The notes under the pieces were generated by a model, which was not told the origin of the DNA, ran no database searches, and saw only the letters and a list, made by a program, of their open reading frames with translations. Below, one piece after another: positions 38,951-48,000 of a stretch of 64,000 nt of DNA. The position numbers and the translations under genes were made by a program. The stretch lies in assembly GCA_043803405.1 (NCBI GenBank), contig JAZDKB010000043.1:1-64000 (forward strand), written 5' to 3'. Source of the DNA: Spirochaetota bacterium (GTDB lineage: Bacteria; Spirochaetota; UBA4802; JAFGDQ01). Every line of letters begins with the position of its first letter. Position 1 is the stretch's first letter.

Positions 38951-39214
38951 TCATTTTTTTGTCATCAAAGCCCTTGCAGTAACCCCGCTTACATTGCCAA
39001 GCTGGCCTGTAAGCGAGTTTATTTCATCTTCAGTGCCGTCAACGATCAAAGACACGACAGCGACTTTTCTTTCGTGATATGGAATGCCCATGCGGCCAAT
39101 AACTATATGACTGTATTTGCTGATTATATTATTTATTGCTTCCTGCGATTCCTGCGGGTGTTCTATTACAATACCTAAAACACCGAGCCTTTTTATATCC
39201 ATCATCTTCTCCAT
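38951..39214 (-). CDS. TM1266-family iron-only hydrogenase system putative regulator (start possibly 39202)
   Basis: LGVLGIVIE, IGRMGIPY, INSLTGQLGN; immediately upstream of hydG. Confidence 0.9.
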   Translation of the reverse strand: MEKMMDIKRLGVLGIVIEHPQESQEAINNIISKYSHIVIGRMGIPYHERKVAVVSLIVDGTEDEINSLTGQLGNVSGVTARALMTKK

Positions 39215-39332
39215 TGAAAGCAGTCGTTAATGTTTGCGGAATTCCTATTTGCCGGATTTAATTTTAACTGAAGAAAATAAAAGATGGGAAGATTGTAGTC
39301 TGTTCTTAATCTCACGGCAACAGACAGGTCTC

Positions 39333-39364
39333 AAAAATAAAAAATCCCGCCTTACCGGGTGGGA
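39333..39364 (-). terminator. Premature intrinsic terminator in the TM1266-hydG leader
   Basis: Minus strand ucccacc-cgguaa-ggcggga-uuuuuuauuuuu, about 120-130 nt upstream of the start codon. Confidence 0.65.
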
Positions 39365-39465
39365 GTTAAGTTCACATAGCCGGATTGCCAAACAGTAATT
39401 ATCTTACAGTTATGCAATCAGCAACTCTTCCTTCACCTCAGGCAAAACCTTGCTTTCAGGAATCC
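39365..39465 (-). ncRNA. Candidate cis-regulatory RNA (unassigned family)
   Basis: GC-enriched and foldable by eye: uuccu/aggaa stem enclosing gcaa-gguu-uugc, and a long gauugc/gcaauc hairpin; lies between the promoter and the terminator. Confidence 0.5.
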
Positions 39466-39521
39466 GTTTATTACAGGCTCGTTAATAAAGAATAAATCTC
39501 AATTAAAAGCCTTACAATACT

Positions 39522-39550
39522 ATAATAAGAAAATTATGTTTTTACGTAAA
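39522..39550 (-). promoter_or_regulatory. Sigma70-type promoter for TM1266-hydG
   Basis: Minus strand TTTACG-N17-TATTAT. Confidence 0.5.
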
Positions 39551-39643
39551 GTATTATTTTTATAAATTAAACGGTTCTTTTGTTTTTATATATTATAGTT
39601 GATTTATATTTATTGAATTTAATATAATATTTTAAGGCTTATC

Positions 39644-40219
39644 GTGTACAAATTTAAACACGCTCATATCGAGGTCAATGAAACCGTGTTAAAATATATT
39701 ATTATATGTATTGCCGCATTAATCATTAACGGATGCGACCGGGCAATACCCTTACAGGGCTTCCGGCCGGATATGCTTGTCGAGAATTATACTACGACAA
39801 ACTTTAAAGAAGATAAAATCGAGTGGAAATTAAAAGCAAAAAAAGCATCATATTATTATAAAGAAAAAAAATCCATTGCAGAAAAGATTGTTCTGAATTA
39901 TTTTAAAAATAACAAAGAGTCGGCGATAGTTAACGCAGACAGCGCAGTAATAAATACTGAAACAAAAGATATTGATTTAATAGGCAATGTTGATATGATC
40001 TCAACAACAGGAAACAGATTGCAGACAGCAAAGATCAGGTGGAATAACAAGGACGGCAGCCTGAATACAGATGAGCACGTTAAAATAGCAAGAAGGAACG
40101 GCGATATAATCGAAGGCATTGGACTGAGAGCGGATTACAACCTTGAAAATTACGAAATAAAGAAAAGGGTAAGCGCGGTTTCCAAAAATATAAATAGCGC
40201 TAAACTAAAGAAGAAATGA
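39644..40219 (+). CDS. lptC: LPS export periplasmic protein LptC
   Basis: WKLKAKKA, ADSAVIN, GNV, LQTAKIRW, IEGIGLRAD; position before lptA-lptB. Confidence 0.85.
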   Translation: MYKFKHAHIEVNETVLKYIIICIAALIINGCDRAIPLQGFRPDMLVENYTTTNFKEDKIEWKLKAKKASYYYKEKKSIAEKIVLNYFKNNKESAIVNADSAVINTETKDIDLIGNVDMISTTGNRLQTAKIRWNNKDGSLNTDEHVKIARRNGDIIEGIGLRADYNLENYEIKKRVSAVSKNINSAKLKKK

Positions 40220-41544
40220 ATTTATTTAATAAATTACTTCTGAATATTACTTTCAGGCATTGCAATATAATATCCCGAATCAATTTCATCTGCATTAATA
40301 TCCGTAAAATTATTTTTTTAATGATTCCGGTAATTATAATATTTTTTATTCAGATCCACGCTGAAGAAAAAAAACCTGTAACAATTACCGGAAACAATGC
40401 CAAAACCAGACTTGTGGGTGATGAAAAAAACGGGAAGAATTATTTAACTGAGATTACCGGCAACCCCATAATAAAAAGCGACAATAAGGTTCTGTATGCT
40501 GATAAACTCATTATACAGGGAAATGACGGAGAAATCATTGAAGCGATAGGGAAAGTGTTCCTTAAGGATAGGATAAAAGGCTCGAGTATAAGCGCAGGGA
40601 GAGCTTTATTTTATAAGGAAAAAGGCATCATAGAATTTTATGGAAAGCCGAATGCAATTATCAAAAGACAGGACGACGGTTCCGTTGTTAATGTCCGGTC
40701 GGACATGATGACTTATAACACGAATGATAACACTGCAGAAGCAAATGGAAAAGTAAGATTAATCAACAATGATCTTATTATTTTGTCCGGGAAAGCAGTA
40801 TTCGGAAGAGAATCCAAAACAGCTGTCTTTTCCCTGAATCCTGAAATCACAAGGGGAGATGACAAGTATACTGCTGATGAGATAATATATTATACTGATA
40901 AAAAATATTTAATCCTGAATAAAAACGCGCATGTAAAGGCTTATACCGATGAGAAAGATAAGGCTACCGGAAAAGTTACCAGATCGCTGGTTAAAGCCAG
41001 CGGCGATAAAATTGAACATTTTACCGAAGGCGAAAAAATTACTATAATAACGGGCAGGGCAATAATAGAAAGGGAAGACTCGATATCCACAGGCGACAGA
41101 TTTGAAATGAAGGGAGAAAAAGGAAGGGAAGATTTAACCGGATCAAATGTGCACATAAACTATAAAAAAGAAAATATGGAAGCCATGGGGCAAAATTTCA
41201 AATTCTATAAAAACGAAGGCAGATCCGTGTTATGGAATAAATCCTGCATTATTACAAGAGACGTAAAAACGGATGCAGAGAGTTCCAGAATATACGGCGA
41301 TTACATGGAGCATTACAGGGACACGGACGAGCTTTACGCAGCAGGCAGAGTAAGCATAATCCGGAATGAAGGGATTATTAAAGGAGATATGGCAAAGTAC
41401 GAACGAAAGAATAGTTTGCTTACAGTTACAGGAAATGCCAGAATAGAAAAGGATAATTCCACATCGCTTGCACAGGTAATCACTATCAATACAAAAACAA
41501 GCGATACCAGGCTTCAGGGAAGCATCAGGGGAAGTAAACGTTAA
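40216..41544 (+). CDS. Long LptA/OstA-family beta-jellyroll protein
   Basis: Repeated ADK/AEANGKV/TGNA jellyroll motifs; lies between lptC and lptB. Confidence 0.8.
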   Translation: MNLFNKLLLNITFRHCNIISRINFICINIRKIIFLMIPVIIIFFIQIHAEEKKPVTITGNNAKTRLVGDEKNGKNYLTEITGNPIIKSDNKVLYADKLIIQGNDGEIIEAIGKVFLKDRIKGSSISAGRALFYKEKGIIEFYGKPNAIIKRQDDGSVVNVRSDMMTYNTNDNTAEANGKVRLINNDLIILSGKAVFGRESKTAVFSLNPEITRGDDKYTADEIIYYTDKKYLILNKNAHVKAYTDEKDKATGKVTRSLVKASGDKIEHFTEGEKITIITGRAIIEREDSISTGDRFEMKGEKGREDLTGSNVHINYKKENMEAMGQNFKFYKNEGRSVLWNKSCIITRDVKTDAESSRIYGDYMEHYRDTDELYAAGRVSIIRNEGIIKGDMAKYERKNSLLTVTGNARIEKDNSTSLAQVITINTKTSDTRLQGSIRGSKR

Positions 41545-41616
41545 TTTTTTAAAATATATTTTTCTGGCTTTTTTGAATGATATGGTGTATCTTATAATAA
41601 AAGTATTTTTTAAAAT

Positions 41617-42366
41617 GTGAATGATATGAATAACGGAAAAAATAAAAAAGTCCTTAAGCTTGATGCGCTCGTTAAATCATATAAAAAACACAGAGTTGTG
41701 GATAATATCGGTTTTGAAATTTCCCAGGGAGAGGTAGTCGGGCTTCTGGGGCCTAACGGAGCAGGAAAGACAACAACGTTTTACATGGTTGTGGGGCTGG
41801 TTAAACCGGACTCCGGTAAAATATATATCGATAAATCCGACATTACTCATCTTCCGATGTATAAAAGGGCAAGACACGGCATAGGCTATCTGCCCCAGGA
41901 GGATTCGGTGTTCAGGAAACTTACGGTATCGCAAAATCTGGAATTAATACTGGAGATGCAGAACCTGACAAAAGAAGAGATTGCCGACAAAAAAAACATG
42001 CTGCTGAAAGACCTGTCAATTGAGCATGTAAAAGATCAGAAAGCGTTTACGCTTTCGGGCGGAGAGCGAAGACGCACTGAGATCGCCAGAACGCTTGCAA
42101 CAACGCCGGACTTTCTGCTGCTTGACGAGCCCTTTGCTGGCGTTGATCCGATAGCTGTTGCCGATATTCAGAGCATAATCTACTCCATAAAAAAGCGGAA
42201 TATCGGAGTGCTTATTACGGATCATAATGTGAGAGAAACGCTCAGTATTACCGACAGGTCATATATTATGTTTAAAGGCGAAGTTCTAATAAGCGGCAAG
42301 TCGGATAAACTAATTAAAAGCAAAAAAGCAAGAGAAATATATCTTGGTGAAAAATTTTCAATGTGA
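41617..42366 (+). CDS. lptB: LPS export ABC transporter ATP-binding protein
   Basis: GPNGAGKT, LSGGERRR, LLDEPFAGVDP, ITDHNVRETL, YLGEKF. Confidence 0.98.
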   Translation: MNDMNNGKNKKVLKLDALVKSYKKHRVVDNIGFEISQGEVVGLLGPNGAGKTTTFYMVVGLVKPDSGKIYIDKSDITHLPMYKRARHGIGYLPQEDSVFRKLTVSQNLELILEMQNLTKEEIADKKNMLLKDLSIEHVKDQKAFTLSGGERRRTEIARTLATTPDFLLLDEPFAGVDPIAVADIQSIIYSIKKRNIGVLITDHNVRETLSITDRSYIMFKGEVLISGKSDKLIKSKKAREIYLGEKFSM

Positions 42367-42380
42367 TGCAATATTAATTA

Positions 42381-42439
42381 TTAGGGAACCTTAAAAAATC
42401 AGGTAAAAAACCTGATTTTTACACAGATTTGTTCCCAAA
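42381..42439. repeat. Nested inverted repeat between lptB and rpoN
   Basis: gggaac...aaaaatcaggt-aaaaa-acctgattttt...gttccc. Confidence 0.65.
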
Positions 42440-42511
42440 TGGTTACATCAAAATTTAATTTTTAGAGGTAACCAGTATTAAAATTTACGGATAAGCGATA
42501 TCGGGATACTA

Positions 42512-43939
42512 ATGGACTTATCTGCAAAAACAAGTTTAAAACAGACTGGAAAAACGGTTTTAACCCGCCAGCTTTTACAGTCAATCGGGATGCTTCAGCT
42601 TTCCAATGTTGAACTAGCTGAAAAAATTGCATCTGAGCTGATAGAAAACCCCATTCTCGAAGAAGATGCCGAGAACCTCCCTGAATCCGATAATGATGAA
42701 AATAAAGTATCAACTGTCGACAAAGAATTAAGCGGAGATGAATCATCGTTTACCACAAAAGAAGACTGGGACCAGACATACATTGATAAAAACATGCCGT
42801 ACGATTCGTACGACGACGAAAAGAAACGAAGCTTCATCGAAAATGCCGTTGCTCAGAAAGAAACACTTAAAGAGCATTTAACAGAACAAGCAAGCCTGAT
42901 AGCAAAAGACGAATCGGAATTCCAGCTTTTTGAAATGATCATTACTTCGCTGGATGATAACGGCTTTTTGACCACAAGGCCTGAGGAAATTGCAGAAGCA
43001 GGTTCATTTTCACATGAGAATGTAATAGAAGCAATTTTTGTTATTAATTATCTGGACCCTGTTGGCTGCGGCGTGGCAAATGTAAATGATTCATTAATAA
43101 TTCAGACCATGCATGTTTATCCGGATGATGATATTTTGCTAAAAATATTAAAAGATTATTTTCTTGATCTTGAAAAACTGAATTATGAAAAAATAGCTTC
43201 AGCCCTGGGCATTACATCCGCTGAAGTGATAAGGAAAAGCAGGCTTGTTCATAACCTTGATCCGTTCCCCGGATTAAAATATTCGTCAAAAAAAACAAGG
43301 TATATTATTCCGGATGTCGACGTAAGGTACATGGACGGCGAAATTATAATCGCAATGAACGATGACTGGATACCGAAAATAAAAATAAATTCATATTATA
43401 AAAATATTCTTAAAAAAAAATCGATTGATGCAAAGCTTTCGGACTATTTAAAAAACAAAATGCAGTCTGCAAACAATCTGCTTAGCAGCATTGCAAACAG
43501 GAAGGCTACCATTGTTAAAGTAATAAGCGCAGTAATGGAACACCAGCGCGACTTTTTAATTAACGGTTCAGGTCATTTGAAACCCCTGGTTTACACAGAT
43601 ATTGCTCGGGAGGTAGGGTTGCATGAATCGACTATCAGCAGGACAGCAAATAATAAATTTGCCCAGACGCCGTGGGGGGTCTTTGAACTGAAACACTTTT
43701 TTGTTTCAAAACTGAAGTCGCAAAATACAGCCGACCATTCCTCGGAAGAAGTTATGAATATAATAAAAGGAATCATCGCGAATGAAGATCCGGAAAATCC
43801 TGTATCCGATCTGCAAATATACAATCAATTGAATAGAAAAGGCATAAATATTGCCAGAAGAACAATTGCCAAGTACAGAAATAGTCTAAATATTTCTTCA
43901 TCAAATATCCGTAAAAAACTAAATTTAATTAAATCTTAA
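42512..43939 (+). CDS. rpoN: RNA polymerase sigma-54 factor
   Basis: LLQSIGMLQLS, ENPILE, HESTISR, RpoN box ARRTIAKYR. Confidence 0.98.
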   Translation: MDLSAKTSLKQTGKTVLTRQLLQSIGMLQLSNVELAEKIASELIENPILEEDAENLPESDNDENKVSTVDKELSGDESSFTTKEDWDQTYIDKNMPYDSYDDEKKRSFIENAVAQKETLKEHLTEQASLIAKDESEFQLFEMIITSLDDNGFLTTRPEEIAEAGSFSHENVIEAIFVINYLDPVGCGVANVNDSLIIQTMHVYPDDDILLKILKDYFLDLEKLNYEKIASALGITSAEVIRKSRLVHNLDPFPGLKYSSKKTRYIIPDVDVRYMDGEIIIAMNDDWIPKIKINSYYKNILKKKSIDAKLSDYLKNKMQSANNLLSSIANRKATIVKVISAVMEHQRDFLINGSGHLKPLVYTDIAREVGLHESTISRTANNKFAQTPWGVFELKHFFVSKLKSQNTADHSSEEVMNIIKGIIANEDPENPVSDLQIYNQLNRKGINIARRTIAKYRNSLNISSSNIRKKLNLIKS

Positions 43940-43960
43940 ACCAATTAAAACGGAGGAAGC

Positions 43961-44740
43961 ATGAATATCAAAATTAAAGGCAGACATTTTGATGTCTCGG
44001 AAGAATTATCAGAGTATACATTGAAAAAATTTTCAAGACTTGAAAAATATTTCCATAAACTTATAGATACGGAAATTATAATGTCTATGGAAAAACATAA
44101 TCATGTAATCGAAGCAGTTATTAATGGCGATGGAATGAAGTTTTTCGGAACTGAGAAAGCTTCCGATATGTATTCGGCTATTGACATGCTCATCAAAAAT
44201 ATGGAGAAGCAGGTTGTAAAACATAAAGAAAAACATTCCGCACATAAAGCGCAACCGCTTAAAAATAATGTGCAGGCTGAATCTCCGCAAAATCAGATTG
44301 AAGTTATTTATAATCTGGCCGCGAACAGGCCAAAGGACGAAGTTGAAGCATTTCTGGAGATGAGAGTCGACAACAGGGATTTTATTCTTTTTAATAAGAA
44401 TTTAAAAGATAACATAAACAGTTATAACGTCCTTTACAAAACAGGGAACGGATTTAAAATGGCCGAGTTGCCGAAAAAAATAAAAAAAGAAGAAAAAATT
44501 GAAGCTGAACATCTGATGGAATTCGACTTCATTGTACGTAAGGATTCGTCCACTAATCCGGAAATTGAATTAAAAAAATGCAAGAGTAAAACAATAAAAT
44601 GCATGGAAATAAATAATGCCATTAAGGAAATAAGCGAATCCGCCGTGAATTTTGTTCCGTTTTTTAATAGTGAAACAAATGTGTTTAATATAATTTACAA
44701 AAATAAGGATGCCATAGAAGTAATTATTCCTCCAGCATAA
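43961..44740 (+). CDS. hpf: Ribosome hibernation promoting factor with extended C-terminus
   Basis: MNIKIKGRH...KFSRLEKYF...DMYSAID...KQVVKHKEK; downstream of rpoN. Confidence 0.9.
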   Translation: MNIKIKGRHFDVSEELSEYTLKKFSRLEKYFHKLIDTEIIMSMEKHNHVIEAVINGDGMKFFGTEKASDMYSAIDMLIKNMEKQVVKHKEKHSAHKAQPLKNNVQAESPQNQIEVIYNLAANRPKDEVEAFLEMRVDNRDFILFNKNLKDNINSYNVLYKTGNGFKMAELPKKIKKEEKIEAEHLMEFDFIVRKDSSTNPEIELKKCKSKTIKCMEINNAIKEISESAVNFVPFFNSETNVFNIIYKNKDAIEVIIPPA

Positions 44741-44760
44741 ATAAAATATGAGTTTCCATA

Positions 44761-44796
44761 ATCAGCCCGCAGCTGCACAACTGCGGGCTGATATTA
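44761..44796 (+). terminator. Stem-loop after hpf (probable terminator, weak U tract)
   Basis: atcagcccgcag/ctgcgggctgat 12-bp perfect stem. Confidence 0.7.
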
Positions 44797-45016
44797 ATCT
44801 GACTTTAAAATAAAAAAATTGATTTGCTTTCTTCATAAAAATCGATGAAATAACAACTTTTTTATTTATTGCTTTTATTTGACTGTTCCCTGTAATTAAA
44901 TAATTTAATTTGTTGAAAATAAATATAAATGAGAGATATTGCCTTTGCTGTATTATTATTCTTTGTAAAGAATACCCGACTGGTTACATAAATAATTGAT
45001 ATTAAGGTACCTTGGT

Positions 45017-48000
45017 ATGCAGATAGGGATTGATGCAGGGACTAAATTTTTAAAAATCGTTTATACCGATAAAAACGGGATTATTCCCCACGTGTATTGT
45101 CAGCATTTCGGAAATCCCGAAAAAGAAGTCACTAGCCTTCTTAAGGATAAAGAATTTTCTGATATTGAACGAATAGTATTTTCAGGCGCTCACGCTGGTC
45201 TGCTCGCACAGGCTCATAAAAACGCGGAAACTGCAGATGAAATCTCGGCTATAATCGAATGTGTTAATTACCTGAACATAAAGTGCAGATATATTGTCAA
45301 CGTTGGTTCAGGCTCAATAAAACTGATCGAACTGGATGACAGGGGCAGCTTCTCATCATACTTGGAAAATTCGCTCTGCGCGGCCGGCACAGGGTCCTTC
45401 CTTGACGAACAGATGCATAGAATGAATTTTTCCTACAAGGACATTGAAACAATGCCCTTTATAAAAGACGTTCCGGACGTGGCGACTCGATGCGCTGTTT
45501 TCGCAAAATCCGATCTCATTCACAGACAGCAGGAAGGCTACAGCAGAGAGGAGATGTGGTCAGGACTATGCAAAGGCGTTGCTGCTACAATGCTTCAGTC
45601 TGTTTTTAAAGGCAATACCCCATCCGAAGAAACATTATTCTGCGGAGGACTTTTCCTTAATCCGATTGTAAAAATATGGGTGAAAGATACGGTAAAAAAT
45701 GCAGTATTTAACGATAACGGCCATTTTTTTTCCGCAGTCGGATCAGTTATTCTGAACGGAAAAAAGAAACGTAATAATAATTCGATTCAAGTCCGGATAA
45801 AAGATTCAAATAAAAAAACCGAGCTTCGGCCTATTGAATTAAAATATTCAAATCCGGTAAGCTTTACCGCAAAGAAAGAATATTTCTTCAATGATCTTGA
45901 AGTGAGGATACACAAAGAACCTGGGATAAAGGCGGACATATCTCTGGGAATAGATATCGGTTCTACGAGCACAAAACTTATAGCGATTGAAGCAAAAACG
46001 CAGGATGTGCTGATCGACATATACGGGCGTACAAAAGGAAACCCGGTAGAAGCAACAAGAATTCTCTTTAATGAACTGAGCGATATTCTCGGCATCTGGG
46101 CGGGCACAGATGTCCGCAGCAGGGCATACGAGAAAAAACCGGGCGATTCGCGTTTTAATGTTGTGAGCGCAGGCACAACCGGATCGGGCCGAAAGCTGAT
46201 CGGTAAAATTATAGGCGCGGACATTATTACAAATGAAATTACAGCTCATTACAAAGGAGCCGCTTTCTTTAATCCTACCATAGAAACAATTTTCGAAATA
46301 GGAGGACAGGACTCCAAATATATAAGGGCAAAAAACGGCCATGTTGTGGACTGTAACATGAATTTCGTATGCGCGGCCGGGACCGGATCTTTCATAGAAG
46401 AGCAGGCGCAAAGACTGGGTTTCAATGTCCGCGAAATAGGCGATCTTGTGCTAGGCATTACGCCTCCGCATACATCCGACAGATGCACGGTTTTTATGGA
46501 GCAGGATATCAACAAGCTCCTTAGAAACGGATATACAAGGGAAGAAGTGCTTGCCGGAATTATAAGATCAATCTGTAAAAATTACCTGAACAGGGTAGTG
46601 GGTTCAAGGCCTGTTACAGGAGACAGGATTTTTTTTCAGGGTGCTACTGCCAGAAACAAAGGGCTGGCTGCCGTATTCGAGTCCATTCTGCAAAAGGAAA
46701 TAATAGTGTCACCGCATTGCCACGTGATGGGCGCTTTCGGAGCTGCAATATTATCTCTGGATCGCGTTCAGCGCAGAGAAACATTTTTCAGAGGGCTGGA
46801 TATATTCGAACAGAAAATAGAGCTCGAATATACCAGGTGCGATAAATGCGCCAACTTATGTAAAATTACAACAGCAAAATACGACCGGGGACTCAGCAGC
46901 TCATGGGGATTCATGTGCGGAAAGGAATCACTGGAAGAAAAAAAGCCTGAGTACTCTACCGATCATTTTAGAAAAGCGTCCGGTCTAACCATTAAACCCG
47001 GAAGAAGACCGGCTGAAGAACCGGAAACAAAAAAAATCGGCATACCGTTTACTCTTTCAATGCACAATTATCTGCCGCTGTGGAGGACATTCCTTGATGA
47101 GCTTGGTTTTGAGGCAGTCATTTCCGGGCAATCCACTCATGAATTAAAAGAAAAAGGCATACGCCTTTCGAAGTCCGATTTTTGTTTTCCGGTAAAGTTA
47201 AGCCTCGCTCATTTTCACGACCTTGCTGACCGCCGGGATATTGATGCAATATTTTATCCGGCTATATTAAGCGAAAAAAAACAGGATAACTCCATGCCGC
47301 GCATGTTTTGTCCGTACGTAATTGCATATCCATCACTTGCAAAGGAAAGCCTTGCTGTTTCCAAAAAAATTATTTCACCATCTATCGATTTCAGGCAAAA
47401 TAGCGATCAAATTATCAATACTCTTTATAACAGTTTTAAAAGCTATAATTTAGATAAACCCCGGATTTTAAATGCATATAATAAGGGAATAGAAAATTAT
47501 AATGAGTATTTGAAGAAAAAGCATGAATACGGCAATGTTATATTAACAGACATAACTCAGGTAAACAAAATAAGAGACAGAAAAAAGACCGGCATTGTAT
47601 GCATCGGCAGGCCGTATAATCTTTATGATAAGGTTATAAACCTGGGACTGACCGAAAGCTTAAGGAAAATGAATATAGTCGTTTTTCCTTATGAATTCCT
47701 TATTGATCCGGAAGGCGATAATCCTGCGGTTGATTATATGTACTGGAATTACGGTGAAAAGATTTTATCAGTCGCGGAAAGGATAAGATGGATCGATAAT
47801 ATCTATCCCGTATATTTTACAAATTTTTCATGCGGGCCGGATTCATTCGTGCTGAGCCGGTTTGAAGAGATCATGGCAGGAAAGCCTTATCTTATTATAG
47901 AGCTCGACGAGCACGGCTCGGAAACCGGATACCTGACGCGCATTGAGGCTTTCATGGATGTTATCCTGGAAAAGGACAGAAAGAATACTACAGAAAGAAA

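Noticed and set aside
39428..39462. Hammerhead ribozyme (GAAA and CUGA-like cores on the minus strand)
   Set aside because: CUGANGA is not intact and the three-stem junction with a UH cleavage site cannot be built
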